Shown here in pieces: positions 48,423 through 59,175 of a stretch of DNA of 64,000 nt. The DNA lies in the NCBI GenBank assembly GCA_028281525.1, contig JANQJR010000071.1:4692-68691 (forward strand), given 5' to 3'. The notes below the pieces were generated by a model that did no database searches, was not told where the DNA came from, and was given only the letters and a program-made list of their open reading frames with translations. The DNA comes from Magnetovibrio sp. (GTDB lineage Bacteria; Pseudomonadota; Alphaproteobacteria; Rhodospirillales; Magnetovibrionaceae). Both the position numbers and the translations under genes were made by a program. Within the stretch, counting starts at the first letter, position 1; every line of letters begins with the position of its first letter.

Positions 48423-50210
48423 ATGTCTGTACAAACTTGGCCTAACTTGGTCACCATGTTCTACGACCAGGTGGAAAAGTACGGCGAGCACCCGTTCCTG
48501 TGGGCCAAACGCGACGGTCAATATCAGCCGCTGACGTGGCGTGAAATCGCAGCCCAGGTGACCGAGCTGGCGCGCGGTCTGCAAGCGCTCGGCGTCAAAG
48601 ACGGCGAACGCGTGGTGTTGGTGTCCGAGAACCGTCCCGAATGGCTCATCGCGGACATGGCGATCATGGCCGCGGGCGGCATCACGGTGCCCGCTTACAC
48701 CACCAACACCATCGACGATCATCGCCACATCGTCGATCACTCAAAAGCCGTCGGCATGATCATTTCGACGCCCAAGCTCGCCGACAAGGCTTTGCAGGCG
48801 GCACACCTCTCAGACCTCGCCACCTTCGCGGTGATGATCGAAGACTACGAAATCCAGCAAAGCCTCAATGTCGAAGTGCTGGGCTGGCAGGCGGCCATCA
48901 ACCGCGGCATGAACGCGACCACCAACATCATCGAAGATGCAGCCCGCCTCAAACGTACGGACACCGCCTGCATCATCTACACGTCCGGCACCGGCGGCGT
49001 ACCCAAGGGCGTGATGCATCCCCACGGGGCAATCCTGCATAATCTGGCGGGCGCGACCAGCGTTCTGGAAAAGCTGGGCCTCAACTCTGAAACGTTCCTG
49101 TCGTTCCTGCCGCTGTCGCACAGCTATGAGCACACCGCCGGCCAATTCTGGCCCATGTCGCTGGGCGCGCAGATCTATTACGCGGAAGGCGCGGATCAAT
49201 TGCTGGCCAACATGGCCGAGACCAAGCCCACCATCATGATGGCGGTGCCGCGCCTGTACGAAATGATGCATACACGCATCACCCGCGGCGTCGCCAAAGA
49301 AGGCGGCAAGAAGGAACGCCTGTTCAACAAAACCGTGGCGTTGGGCAAGAAAGCCTACCTGGCGCCCCAGGACATGACGCTGCTTGAAAAACTGCAAAAC
49401 TTCGCATTGGAGCGCTTGGTGCGCGCCAAGGTGCGCCAGAAGTTCGGCGGACACCTCAAGGCGTTTGTCTCCGGCGGCGCGCCCCTGAACCCCGACATCG
49501 GCTTGTTTTTCACCGCGTTGGGCCTACGCATCCTGCAAGGCTACGGCCAAACCGAGTCCGGCCCGGTGGTGTGCGTCAACGTGCCCGAAAAGGTCAAGAT
49601 GGACGCGGTTGGTCCGATCTTTCCCGACACCGAAGTGCGCATCGCCGACGACGGCGAAATTCTGGTCAAGGGCGAGTTGGTGATGAACGGCTATTGGCGC
49701 GACGAAGAGGCAACCCGCGCCACGGTGATGGATGGCTGGTTGCACACCGGTGACATCGGCATGATCGACGAAGACGGACATTTGAAAATCACGGACCGCA
49801 AGAAAGACATCATCGTCAATTCCGGCGGCGACAACATCGCGCCGCAACGGGTCGAGGGGATTTTGACGCTGGAACCCGAAATCTCCCAAGCCATGGTCTA
49901 TGGCGACAAGCGCCCGCACTTGGTTGGCCTGTTGGTGCCGGATACGGACTGGCTGAAAGGCTGGGCCAAGGACAACGGCAAGTCCCAAGACCTGTCCGAT
50001 CTCGCCAACGACGACGACCTGCATAAAGCGCTGGGCGCAGCGGTCACACGGGTCAACAAGCAGCTGTCGAACATCGAAAAGGTGCGCAAATTCATCGTCG
50101 CCCAGGAACCCTTCACCATCGACAATGGGCAGATGACGCCGACCCTAAAGGTCCGGCGTCACAAGCTCAAAGCCGCCTACGGCGATGACTTGGTGAAACT
50201 TTACGCTTAG
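48423..50210 (+). CDS. Long-chain fatty acid-CoA ligase
   Basis: IIYTSGTGGVPKG, FLPLSHSYEH, QGYGQTESGP, WLHTGDIG and TPTLKVRR motifs. Confidence 0.93.
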   Translation: MSVQTWPNLVTMFYDQVEKYGEHPFLWAKRDGQYQPLTWREIAAQVTELARGLQALGVKDGERVVLVSENRPEWLIADMAIMAAGGITVPAYTTNTIDDHRHIVDHSKAVGMIISTPKLADKALQAAHLSDLATFAVMIEDYEIQQSLNVEVLGWQAAINRGMNATTNIIEDAARLKRTDTACIIYTSGTGGVPKGVMHPHGAILHNLAGATSVLEKLGLNSETFLSFLPLSHSYEHTAGQFWPMSLGAQIYYAEGADQLLANMAETKPTIMMAVPRLYEMMHTRITRGVAKEGGKKERLFNKTVALGKKAYLAPQDMTLLEKLQNFALERLVRAKVRQKFGGHLKAFVSGGAPLNPDIGLFFTALGLRILQGYGQTESGPVVCVNVPEKVKMDAVGPIFPDTEVRIADDGEILVKGELVMNGYWRDEEATRATVMDGWLHTGDIGMIDEDGHLKITDRKKDIIVNSGGDNIAPQRVEGILTLEPEISQAMVYGDKRPHLVGLLVPDTDWLKGWAKDNGKSQDLSDLANDDDLHKALGAAVTRVNKQLSNIEKVRKFIVAQEPFTIDNGQMTPTLKVRRHKLKAAYGDDLVKLYA

Positions 50211-50214
50211 GCTG

Positions 50215-51141
50215 TCAGACCGTTTTCTCAGCCTGTTTGTCCCCAGCGCGCTTATCGACGTCTTTGCGGGTTGCGGGACCGATACCCGCAACCGCAATCC
50301 CGGCGAAAATCAGCGCCAGCGCGATCAATTGGTCGTTGCCCACCGTTTCGCCAAGGAACAGATAGCCCCACAACACCCCCATCAACGGGATCAGGTAGTT
50401 GTTGAGCGCCAGGAACGTCACACCGCGCGATGCGATCACGATGATCAACAAAATGGTGGCGATGGCCGTGGGGAAAACGCCCAAGTAAAGCGACACCAAA
50501 ACCGTCTCGGCGTTTACCTCCACGGTCCACGGCTGCTCCGCCGTCAACGCCGCAGGCAGCAAAACGACGACGGACGCGATCAAGACCCCGGTTCCGTGCT
50601 CTAAAGGTTTGGCGGTGGGCAGTTTGCGCACCAATATGCCCGCGATGGCGTAACACACGCCCGCCGTGGCGACGGCCAACTGGCGCAACGCCTGATCCCC
50701 CAAAGCCAACAGTTCAAACGGGCCGATCAACACCACCACGCCGGCGAAACCGATCAGCACGCCGACGAGCCGGCGGGCATTCAAGATTTCATCGGAAAAG
50801 ATTCGACCCAGTACCAACGCCGCCAGGGGCATAGTCGCAATCACGATCACGGCAAGGCCCGATGGAATCGCTTGTTCCCCCCAATTGATCAAGGTGAAGG
50901 GAAAGGCGTTGCCGATCGTACCGATCAGAAAGAACGACCACCACAAGCGCGGCTCGGTCGGCAAGCGAAACCCCTTGAGTCTGAGCCACGCATATAAGAG
51001 CACCGCGCCAATGGCGACGCGCAGCAGCGCCAGCGTCACCGGTGGAATGGTTTCGACGCCCACCTTGATAACGGTGAACGACGAGCTCCACATCACGGCG
51101 AGAACCACCAGCAAGCTCAGATCGCGGGCAAGTGTCGGCAA
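50215..51141 (-). CDS. DMT/EamA family transporter
   Basis: About 10 TM segments; WSSSFTVIK..PPVTLALLR. Confidence 0.9.
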   Translation of the reverse strand: MPTLARDLSLLVVLAVMWSSSFTVIKVGVETIPPVTLALLRVAIGAVLLYAWLRLKGFRLPTEPRLWWSFFLIGTIGNAFPFTLINWGEQAIPSGLAVIVIATMPLAALVLGRIFSDEILNARRLVGVLIGFAGVVVLIGPFELLALGDQALRQLAVATAGVCYAIAGILVRKLPTAKPLEHGTGVLIASVVVLLPAALTAEQPWTVEVNAETVLVSLYLGVFPTAIATILLIIVIASRGVTFLALNNYLIPLMGVLWGYLFLGETVGNDQLIALALIFAGIAVAGIGPATRKDVDKRAGDKQAEKTV

Positions 51142-51150
51142 AACCGTCTC

Positions 51151-52026
51151 CTAAAGAATGAACCACAACAACGCGGGCAGCGTGATGAACGACGCCACGG
51201 TCGAGATCACGACCGATCCCGCGACGGCTTCGGGCTCGGTCTCGTAACGCATGGCGAAAAGATAATTGAACACCGCGACCGGCATGGCCGACTGCAGGAT
51301 CAAAACGCCGCGCATGGCGCCTTCGAAACCCAAAGCTTCCGCCAGCCCCCAACCGATGGCGAAACCGACCAACATGCGAAAGGTGGCAACGACGGTGCTG
51401 CGCTTCAAGGATTGAACCTTTAAATTTGCGAGAGAGACACCCAACGTGATCAGCATCAGGGGAATGGCAAAGTCCGCCAGCATATCGACCGTATTGCCGG
51501 CCCAGGCCGGCACCTGCCAGCCGGTGTACATGAACACCAGCGCGATCAAGGTTGCGTAGAGCGGCGGTATGCGCAAAAAAGCCGACAAGCTGGTGCCGCC
51601 CGAGGCGACCATCATCGCGGCCGAGAAGCCGATCACCGCACTCACCGTGAAATACGCCACCGACAGCGCCATGCCCTCTGAACCAAACGCCAGGAACGAC
51701 AACGGCAAACCCATGTTGCCGGTATTGGCCATCACAACCGAGGGCAGAAACGTGCGGATCGACTGTCCCCAAGCCTTCAGGAATACGAGACCTAAAACGG
51801 TGGTGATGACCAGCACCGCCATGGCCGCCCCGGCCATACGGCCTAAGGCCTCGAAATCCACTTCCACTTTGACCAGGATCGAAAACACCAAACACGGCAC
51901 GCCCACGGTGGTCACCAGGTGAGACACCATTTCCGCATCGAACGGCCGGTCGAAGCGCGCCCACGCGTAACCGACCGCGGCGGCGATCAAAACGGGAGCG
52001 ATGATGGAAAACAGCTGTTCGAACAT
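51151..52026 (-). CDS. AEC (auxin efflux carrier) family transporter
   Basis: NTGNMGLPL and QSAMPVAVFNYLFA motifs. Confidence 0.9.
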   Translation of the reverse strand: MFEQLFSIIAPVLIAAAVGYAWARFDRPFDAEMVSHLVTTVGVPCLVFSILVKVEVDFEALGRMAGAAMAVLVITTVLGLVFLKAWGQSIRTFLPSVVMANTGNMGLPLSFLAFGSEGMALSVAYFTVSAVIGFSAAMMVASGGTSLSAFLRIPPLYATLIALVFMYTGWQVPAWAGNTVDMLADFAIPLMLITLGVSLANLKVQSLKRSTVVATFRMLVGFAIGWGLAEALGFEGAMRGVLILQSAMPVAVFNYLFAMRYETEPEAVAGSVVISTVASFITLPALLWFIL

Positions 52027-52085
52027 GGGACCGCGATCCTGGGGAGCATGAACTTCATCCACGCTAGCTCCCCGGCAGACAAAAG

Positions 52086-52121
52086 AAAAGCGGCGTCCGC
52101 TTAAACGGATGCCGCTTTTTT
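52086..52121. terminator. Intrinsic terminator after pyk
   Basis: AAAAGCGGCGTCCG..CGGATGCCGCTTTT. Confidence 0.75.
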
Positions 52122-52151
52122 GTCAGGATACAATCGTATCGCGTTCGCGCC

Positions 52152-53567
52152 TTATTCGACGTTGGCGATGTGCAAGATGTTGGTGCCGCCGGGAATGCCG
52201 AACGGAATGCCCGCGACGATGACGATAGTGTCACCATCCTGGGCGAATTCCTGACGCTTGGAGATGCGCACCGACTTGCCCATCATTTCGCCGAAGCTGC
52301 TGACGTCCTTTGTGCGCACGGAGTGCACGCCCCACGCCAGCACCAATCGCCGGGCGATGTCCAGGTTCGGCGTCAAACCCAGGATCGGCACACTGGGCCG
52401 CTCGCGCGCGATACGCAACGTCGTCGAACCGGTGGACGAGAACGACACAATGGCCTGAGCGGAAATGGTTTCCGCAGTCTGACGCGCAGCGGCGGAGATC
52501 GCATCGGCAGCCGTCGCCTCGGGTACGGAGCGCGCCGCTTCGGTAATCTTGCGATACAGGCGGTCGCGTTCCACACGGTTGATGATGCGGTCCATGATGG
52601 CGACCGATTCAATCGGATATTCACCCACCGCCGTTTCGGCGGACAGCATCACCGCATCCGCGCCGTCGTAAATGGCCGTGGCGACGTCGGAGGCTTCGGC
52701 GCGCGTCGGTGTCGGTGCGTGCACCATGCTGTCCAACATCTGCGTGGCAACCACCACCGGCTTACCGGAAATGCGGCACGCGTTGATGATGCGCTTTTGT
52801 TGTACCGGCACGTCTTCGGGCGGCAGTTCTACGCCCAAATCACCGCGCGCGACCATGATGGCGTCGGCCAGTTCCACGATGCCGTGCAGATGTTCGATGG
52901 CCGACGGCTTTTCCAGTTTGGCCATGACCCCAGCACGACCTTGGACGATGTTTTTAATCTCCTCGACGTCGGAGGGGCGCTGCACGAACGACAGCGCCAC
53001 CCAATCCACTCCCAGTTCCAGACCATAGGCCAGGTCGGCGCGGTCCTTTTCGGTGAGCGGCGACAAATCCAAGATGGCGCTCGGCACATTGACGCCCTTG
53101 TGGTCGGAAAGCTCGCCGCCGAACACCACTTCGGTTTCGGCGAAGTCCTTGCCGGCCTTGACCACACGCAAACGGATCTTGCCATCATCCAACAACAGAT
53201 CCATATCGGGGCGGAGCGCCGCAAAGATTTCTGGATGGGGCAAGGGCGCGACCGTTTCGTTGCCCTTGGCGTTGGTCAGTTCCAGACGCAGGGGTTGACC
53301 CGGCGTCAGTTCAATGCGGCCATTTTCGAATTCGCCGACACGCAGCTTCGGACCCTGTAGGTCCATGAGAATGCCGATGGGTCGCTGGTATTTTTCTTCC
53401 AGAGAGCGGATAACGTTGTAACGACGTTTGTGGTCTTCGTGCACGCCGTGCGAAAAATTGAGGCGGAAGACATCGGCGCCAGCTTCGATCAATTCAGCGA
53501 TGTCTTGTTCAGAGGATCTGCCAGGCCCTAGCGTGGCGATAACTTTAGCGTTTCTTGTCCTTTTCAT
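52152..53567 (-). CDS. pyk: Pyruvate kinase
   Basis: RLNFSHG, DLQGPK, MVARGDLGVE, ATQMLDSM, PTRAEASD and MLSAETA motifs. Confidence 0.97.
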   Translation of the reverse strand: MKRTRNAKVIATLGPGRSSEQDIAELIEAGADVFRLNFSHGVHEDHKRRYNVIRSLEEKYQRPIGILMDLQGPKLRVGEFENGRIELTPGQPLRLELTNAKGNETVAPLPHPEIFAALRPDMDLLLDDGKIRLRVVKAGKDFAETEVVFGGELSDHKGVNVPSAILDLSPLTEKDRADLAYGLELGVDWVALSFVQRPSDVEEIKNIVQGRAGVMAKLEKPSAIEHLHGIVELADAIMVARGDLGVELPPEDVPVQQKRIINACRISGKPVVVATQMLDSMVHAPTPTRAEASDVATAIYDGADAVMLSAETAVGEYPIESVAIMDRIINRVERDRLYRKITEAARSVPEATAADAISAAARQTAETISAQAIVSFSSTGSTTLRIARERPSVPILGLTPNLDIARRLVLAWGVHSVRTKDVSSFGEMMGKSVRISKRQEFAQDGDTIVIVAGIPFGIPGGTNILHIANVE

Positions 53568-53881
53568 AATGGCCCGCAACATACTGCGCTATCTGTGAAA
53601 GCGCTATCTATTTTGTATTAAGCATTTTTGAAGGCAGACTTTTTTCCGCCCCGTGAGAATGCCACGATCACTTCCGCACGCACATGTGGCGCGCACGGGT
53701 ATTCGGTCAGGGAGGTCGCGATTTGGCCCCGGAAGGAAAGGATTCCGGTTGGGCCTATCCTAGCCAGCACAGACGTATTTGCAATGCTGAATATGGGGTC
53801 CAAATATGCAACGGTCCGCCAGATTGCCCCGCCAGGCGGAATCGCGTTAGGCTGTTGCGCTTCCGCCGCGAGGATCCGCGT

Positions 53882-54262
53882 ATGTCGAAATTCTCAAAAG
53901 CCTTCATGTCCCTGTTTTTGGACCAAAAAGCCCGTGACGCAATGGAACTCGCCCGCCATCGCAAGACGGTCTTGGAGGAAGGTGCAAAAACACAGCCGGG
54001 AACGCCGCCAACTTCCCAGCCCGCCCCCGAAGACCTGCCACGGGAAGACATCAAGGAACAACTCGATGCCAAGCTCGACGAAGTCCAGAACCGTGCGGAG
54101 CGCACCGGCTCGCCATCCCGGCAGGCTCTGATCCAAAACGCGATGCGGGTGCGCGCGCAAAAGCAAGACGTTTTGTCCGACCTGTCGGACGAGCAGCGTC
54201 TGAAGTTACAGGTTTTGGCCTTGAAGGCGATGATGCCGCCCAAGCCCGGTGAAAGAGATTGA
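53882..54262 (+). CDS. Hypothetical protein
   Basis: 126-aa ORF with host-like codons; helical. Confidence 0.7.
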   Translation: MSKFSKAFMSLFLDQKARDAMELARHRKTVLEEGAKTQPGTPPTSQPAPEDLPREDIKEQLDAKLDEVQNRAERTGSPSRQALIQNAMRVRAQKQDVLSDLSDEQRLKLQVLALKAMMPPKPGERD

Positions 54263-54399
54263 GGCCATAGCGCCAAAAACGGAAAATGTTTAATTTTTAG
54301 CAACATTTAACCGTTTTTGCTGTTACAGTAGGTTCAGACTGGGGATTGCGCTGCCGTGCGTGATGAGTGCGAATTTTGGGTAAGAGGACTGCGGCATAC

Positions 54400-54942
54400 A
54401 TGACGGCACAGCTCGATGAATTGGACTCTGAAGCTCTGCGCCAAGAGCTTCAAGGCTTACTGCGTTATATCAACCGGGTGCGAGAAGAAATCGCCAGCAT
54501 TTCCCGCCCCGCAGACGACGACCACGAATTTTCCACCATGTCCGACCAATTGGATGCGGTGATCAAGGCCACCGACGAAGCCTCCAACACCATTATGGCT
54601 TGCGCCGAAGGCAACGAAGACATCGTGCAGGAACTGCGCGGCACACTGAGCGATCCGGCCCAAATCGCCCTGTTGGATAAAATCTCCGAAAACGACATGA
54701 ACACCATCCAGGCCTGCAGCTTCCAAGACATCACCGGGCAGCGCGTAACCAAGGTGGCGCGCTCGTTGACGTATGTGGAAGACCGGGTCACCGCCTTGAC
54801 CGAACTTTGGGGCAAGGACGAAATCGCCAAGGTCGACGTCAAAGGCGAAGAAAAAACGGAAGATGAAAAGCTGCTCCATGGCCCGGCCCTGGATCCCAAC
54901 CGCGCCATCAGCCAGGACGAGATCGACGCTTTGTTCGATTGA
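54400..54942 (+). CDS. cheZ: Alphaproteobacterial CheZ-family phosphatase
   Basis: ACSFQDITGQRVTKV (DxxxQ motif); LLHGPA; SQDEIDALFD tail. Confidence 0.85.
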   Translation: MTAQLDELDSEALRQELQGLLRYINRVREEIASISRPADDDHEFSTMSDQLDAVIKATDEASNTIMACAEGNEDIVQELRGTLSDPAQIALLDKISENDMNTIQACSFQDITGQRVTKVARSLTYVEDRVTALTELWGKDEIAKVDVKGEEKTEDEKLLHGPALDPNRAISQDEIDALFD

Positions 54943-54991
54943 TATGCATCGATCTCCCACCAGCTGCACGCTCCGCCACCTCGTATGACGG

Positions 54992-55030
54992 TTCTGAAAT
55001 ACGTTGAACGCGTCACAACGTATTTCAGAA
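54992..55030. repeat. Perfect 15-bp AT-rich inverted repeat
   Basis: TTCTGAAATACGTTG-N9-CAACGTATTTCAGAA. Confidence 0.85.
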
Positions 55031-55177
55031 ACTGAATCACCTTAAGCCTCAATATATAGTGGCCTGCTGAACCCAGTCATTTTGCATTTTTGGGGTAGGA
55101 CACAGGCGGGGTTTTGCTTTCCAAATCATCGTGCTAGGCTCCCCCAAAGATTCCACGCATCAGTCCAGGGGGACACC

Positions 55178-55720
55178 ATGACCCGCTTCGTTTCCGCCTT
55201 TACCGCCCTCATTGTTGGAGTTTTGATCATGACCGAACAGGCCTTGGCCCTTGAACCTGAAAACACGCTGTATCTGGATCTCAAGGACGGCCGGGTGGTG
55301 ATCGAACTGCGCGAAGACTTGGCGCCGAAACACGTGATGCGCATCAAACAGTTGACACGTGAAGGGTTCTACGACGGCCTTACTTTTCATCGCGTGATCC
55401 CAGGCTTCATGGCCCAAGGCGGCGACCCGGACGGTAATGGCACTGGCGGTTCGGGTGTGAGCCTGCCGGCTGAATTTTCCAACCAACCGTTCGAACGCGG
55501 CATCGTCGGCATGGCGCGCAGCCGGGACATCAACAGCGCCGACAGCCAGTTCTTCATCATGTTCGCGCCCGCCTCGCATCTGAACGGGCAATACACCGTG
55601 TGGGGCCAAGTGGTCAAAGGCATGGAATTCGTCGACAACATCAAGGTCATCGAAGGCGGCTATGGGGGCGAGCCCGATGCAATCGTGCGCATGCAAGTCG
55701 CCGCTGACGCCAAGGACTGA
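55178..55720 (+). CDS. Cyclophilin-type peptidyl-prolyl isomerase
   Basis: FHRVIPGFMAQGGDP, GMAR..SADSQFFI and LNGQYTVWG motifs. Confidence 0.95.
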   Translation: MTRFVSAFTALIVGVLIMTEQALALEPENTLYLDLKDGRVVIELREDLAPKHVMRIKQLTREGFYDGLTFHRVIPGFMAQGGDPDGNGTGGSGVSLPAEFSNQPFERGIVGMARSRDINSADSQFFIMFAPASHLNGQYTVWGQVVKGMEFVDNIKVIEGGYGGEPDAIVRMQVAADAKD

Positions 55721-55751
55721 CCTTTTCCGGACGATCTGACGGAGTCGAAAC

Positions 55752-56372
55752 GTGCGTATCCTGGTTTTGGTGACCATCGTGCTCGCCGTTGCAGCCGGTG
55801 CTTGGGTGGTGACCGGGCAGGCGCCCGTGAGCGCATCCAACGGCAAGACCAAAGTGTTTCAAGGGGCCGGCGAAACCAACCTTGACCTCAACCACCCGGA
55901 CAACATCCTGTTGCTTGACACCCGGCACGGCCGCGTCACCATTCAAATGCGACCGGATCTGGCGCCCAAACACGTGCAACGGATCAAGGAATTGGTCCGC
56001 CAAGGCTTTTACGACGGGCTGGCGTTTCACCGTGTCATTCCCAGCTTCATGGCCCAGGGTGGCGATCCGGCGGGCAACGGCACTGGTGGGTCGGGTATAA
56101 AAATCCCGGGTGAGTTTTCAGATATCAAATTTGAACGCGGCATCGTCGGCATGGCCCGTTCGCGCGGCGTGAACAGCGCCGACAGCCAGTTTTTCATCAT
56201 GTTGGGCAATGGCCGTTGGCTGGACGGTCAATACACCGCCTGGGGCCAGGTGAGCGACGGCATGGATGCGGTTTTCGCCATCAAGAAAGGCCGCGCCAAC
56301 GAAAACGGCAAGATCGATGGCGAGCCCGACCGCATCTTGCGCATGCACATCCAAGCGGACAGCCAAAACTGA
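55752..56372 (+). CDS. Cyclophilin-type peptidyl-prolyl isomerase (tandem paralog)
   Basis: FHRVIPSFMAQGGDP and SADSQFFI motifs. Confidence 0.94.
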   Translation: MRILVLVTIVLAVAAGAWVVTGQAPVSASNGKTKVFQGAGETNLDLNHPDNILLLDTRHGRVTIQMRPDLAPKHVQRIKELVRQGFYDGLAFHRVIPSFMAQGGDPAGNGTGGSGIKIPGEFSDIKFERGIVGMARSRGVNSADSQFFIMLGNGRWLDGQYTAWGQVSDGMDAVFAIKKGRANENGKIDGEPDRILRMHIQADSQN

Positions 56373-56400
56373 GGCTGAGTTCCACCGCTGTCCGATACAA

Positions 56401-56775
56401 CTAGACCGCGTACGAACCGTCCAAGACCCGATTCACGCAATCGGCCAAATCGGACATGGAGAACGGTTTGGTCAGAGCGCAATCGGCGCCCACACGGTAC
56501 GCGGTATCCATAATGTCCAAGTTGTTGTCAGCCCCTGAAATGGCGATAATTCTCAGATCCGGATTGCCGATCTTCAGTTCCAGGATGGTTTCCACGCCAT
56601 CCTTCCCGGGCATGATCAAATCGGTGATCACCAGATCGAAGTCCTTGACGTTGCACACGGCGATACCTTCGATGCCGTTGCCCGACACGTCCACGGCATG
56701 GCCCATGCCTTCCAGTGCGGACTGCAGAGCCAGCCGAACGGCTTTGTCGTCGTCGATGATCAAAACGGTTGCCAT
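56401..56775 (-). CDS. Single-domain response regulator (receiver)
   Basis: VLIIDDD, VITDLIMP, ISG and LTKPF motifs. Confidence 0.9.
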   Translation of the reverse strand: MATVLIIDDDKAVRLALQSALEGMGHAVDVSGNGIEGIAVCNVKDFDLVITDLIMPGKDGVETILELKIGNPDLRIIAISGADNNLDIMDTAYRVGADCALTKPFSMSDLADCVNRVLDGSYAV

Positions 56776-57060
56776 GACCATCTCCCTACTCCCCACTTCA
56801 ATCATAGGTCGATTTCGTCGAGTTGCCCATCGTCAAATTGGCGGATAGACACCGAACATGGCCGCGGCTTCGTTCAGTGCGCGACAAACCGGCCTGGATT
56901 TCACCCCGAGGCGCGTTGAGGGTTTTCATGGCATTGGCATAAGGTTCGATTTGTGACGCCACCCGCGCAAAAGCGTATTCTCGGCGTGGAACTTGGCACA
57001 GACAGCGGCTTAGGTTCTGCGTGACCCAGCAGCCGCTAAGCGCTTCTGGGGGTCAGGGGC

Positions 57061-58272
57061 CTATTCGCCCGCAGCCGCTGTAGACGGTTCCAGCTTAGGC
57101 TTGCTGAACACGGTTTCACGCCCGTGTCCCGGATCGCGGGGCACCAACAGCGCCAGCAGCAACGATCCGGCCGCCATGGCTGCCCCGGCCATGAACACGT
57201 ATGAGTGATCGCTCACCCAAATCTGGCCGAACGTCACCGGGATCGCCACGGCGGCGATGTGGTTGATGGTGAAACTCACCCCAGACGTGGAGGCGATGTC
57301 TTGGTGGTCTGCAATTTTCTGAAAGTAGGTCTTCGACGCAAACGACATGGCGAAAAACAAATGGTCCAGCAGATACAGCCCCACTGCGATCCACGCCGTT
57401 TCGACAAAGGCATAGGCCAGGAACACACCCACCAGTCCGCTATATTCGATGATCATCACGCGCCGCTCGCCAAGTCGCGCGATCATACGCCCGACCTTGG
57501 GCGAAAACCACATGGTGATGGCGCTGGTGGCGAGAAACATCAGGCTCATGGCGGCCGCGTCGAAGCCGAATTTTTCAACCATCAAAAAGCCCGCGAACAC
57601 CACGAAAATCTGGCGCCGCGCGCCCCACAGAAACGTCAGCGCGTAATACAACCAGTAGCGCTTTCGCAAAACCAGGTGCTTGTGCTGCTCGGCCTTGCCC
57701 TGCATGCGCGGGAACGCCGCCCAACAGTAAAGCGTCAACGCCACGGTCAGGCCGCCGCCCGCCATGTAGACCCACACCATGTCCACGGCAAGGACATCCA
57801 AGGTCAGCCAGATCAGCGCGAACGCCACCAAACCGGCGAACGAGCCGGCAGCGACCATGCGGCCCATGGCGATGGGCGCACGGTCCACGTCCAGCCACTG
57901 CAAGGCCAGGGACTGGCGCAAGGTCTCGAAATAATGAAAGCCGATGGACATCACCACGGTGGTGACGTAAAGCCCAATTTCAGAGGGGAATAGCCCCGTC
58001 ACCGCCGTACCGATGCCCAAAAGCAGCAGCGCGATCATCGCCAACGGCTGTTCGCGCACGAACACCAGCAAAAACACCACGCCGAAAGCGAGGAAGCCGG
58101 GGATTTCGCGCAAGCTCTGCAGAATCCCGATCTCCACACCCGTAAACGCCGCGCGCTCAATGGCGAAGTTGTTGAGCAAGGCCTGCCACGTGCTGAAGCT
58201 CAGCGGCATGGCGATGGACAACAGAATCAACAGAACTTCGGGACTTTTCCAGGCGGAGGTGCGGTTACTCAT
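57061..58272 (-). CDS. MFS transporter
   Basis: SLREIPGFLAF, WGARRQIFVVFAGF and FTINHIAAV motifs; about 12 TM segments. Confidence 0.88.
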   Translation of the reverse strand: MSNRTSAWKSPEVLLILLSIAMPLSFSTWQALLNNFAIERAAFTGVEIGILQSLREIPGFLAFGVVFLLVFVREQPLAMIALLLLGIGTAVTGLFPSEIGLYVTTVVMSIGFHYFETLRQSLALQWLDVDRAPIAMGRMVAAGSFAGLVAFALIWLTLDVLAVDMVWVYMAGGGLTVALTLYCWAAFPRMQGKAEQHKHLVLRKRYWLYYALTFLWGARRQIFVVFAGFLMVEKFGFDAAAMSLMFLATSAITMWFSPKVGRMIARLGERRVMIIEYSGLVGVFLAYAFVETAWIAVGLYLLDHLFFAMSFASKTYFQKIADHQDIASTSGVSFTINHIAAVAIPVTFGQIWVSDHSYVFMAGAAMAAGSLLLALLVPRDPGHGRETVFSKPKLEPSTAAAGE

Positions 58273-58368
58273 ATGGCGCTCATTTACAAACGAAGGACGT
58301 TGACTTGCAAAATACCTTAGCAACGCGCTAGGCTTATACACGAGAATTAGACATCTTATATCGAGAAT

Positions 58369-59175
58369 ATGCCAAACGCGCCTGTCCCCCCCGTACCATA
58401 CGTCATTCCCGGCGTCGCCCTGGATGAACGCCACATCCCGCGGCCCATCGTGATCCGCCCCCAGTGGATCGCAGGCGGCGAAGACCGCCCGATCCACCGC
58501 CACCAACGCGAACAGTTGGTCTACGCCGATCAGGGGGTGATGTCGGTCACCACGGTGCACGGTACCTGGGTGGTACCGCCCAACCGCGCCGTGTGGGTGC
58601 CCAGCAACCTGGACCACGGCGTGCGCATGATCACGGATTGCCACATGCTCAATGTGTTTTTGGAGCCGGGGCGCGTCGCCAAACTGCCGAAGACCTGCAT
58701 CGTGGTTTCCGTGCCGCCCTTGTTGCAAGAGCTGTTGCGCCATGCCTCCACATTCGAAGACGAATACGACGAAGACGGACCGGATGGCCGCATCATGGCG
58801 GTGATTATCGACGCGGTGCAATCCCTGGAAACGGTGCCGCTGCACCTGCCCATGCCCACCGATGCCAGATTGCGCCGCATCGCCGACACCATCATCAGCG
58901 ATCCGGCGGACAACCGCTCACAAGCCGACTGGGCCAAAGTGTCGGGCGCGAGCGTGCGCACGCTGGCGCGCCTTTTTCCGGAGCAAACCGGCATGACGTT
59001 TAGCGGCTGGCGGCAACAGGCGCGCCTTATGGCCGCGCTGGAACGCTTGGCCGCAGGCGAGCCGGTGGTCCGCGTCGCGCTGGACCTGGGCTACACCAGC
59101 CAGAGCGCCTTCATCGCCATGTTCAAAAAGGCGCTGGGCACCACACCCGGGAAATACTTTTCATCTTCGTCTTAA
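58369..59175 (+). CDS. AraC family transcriptional regulator (cupin + HTH)
   Basis: [20 protein letters not shown]; [14 protein letters not shown]. Confidence 0.92.
   Translation: MPNAPVPPVPYVIPGVALDERHIPRPIVIRPQWIAGGEDRPIHRHQREQLVYADQGVMSVTTVHGTWVVPPNRAVWVPSNLDHGVRMITDCHMLNVFLEPGRVAKLPKTCIVVSVPPLLQELLRHASTFEDEYDEDGPDGRIMAVIIDAVQSLETVPLHLPMPTDARLRRIADTIISDPADNRSQADWAKVSGASVRTLARLFPEQTGMTFSGWRQQARLMAALERLAAGEPVVRVALDLGYTSQSAFIAMFKKALGTTPGKYFSSSS

Noticed and set aside
54296-54311. TTTA-N7-TTAAC upstream of cheZ, a possible CtrA site
   Set aside because: One mismatch in an AT-rich stretch; plausible but not supportable from sequence alone.
55178-56372. Tandem cyclophilin genes as a recent duplication
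   Set aside because: Tandem PPIase pairs are common in alphaproteobacteria, and these two differ in their N-termini and many residues.
57010-57063. TAGG..GACCC / GGGGTCAGGGGCCTA next to the MFS stop, a possible third MITE copy
   Set aside because: It lacks the CCCATTA core and the internal homology; the similarity is too weak.
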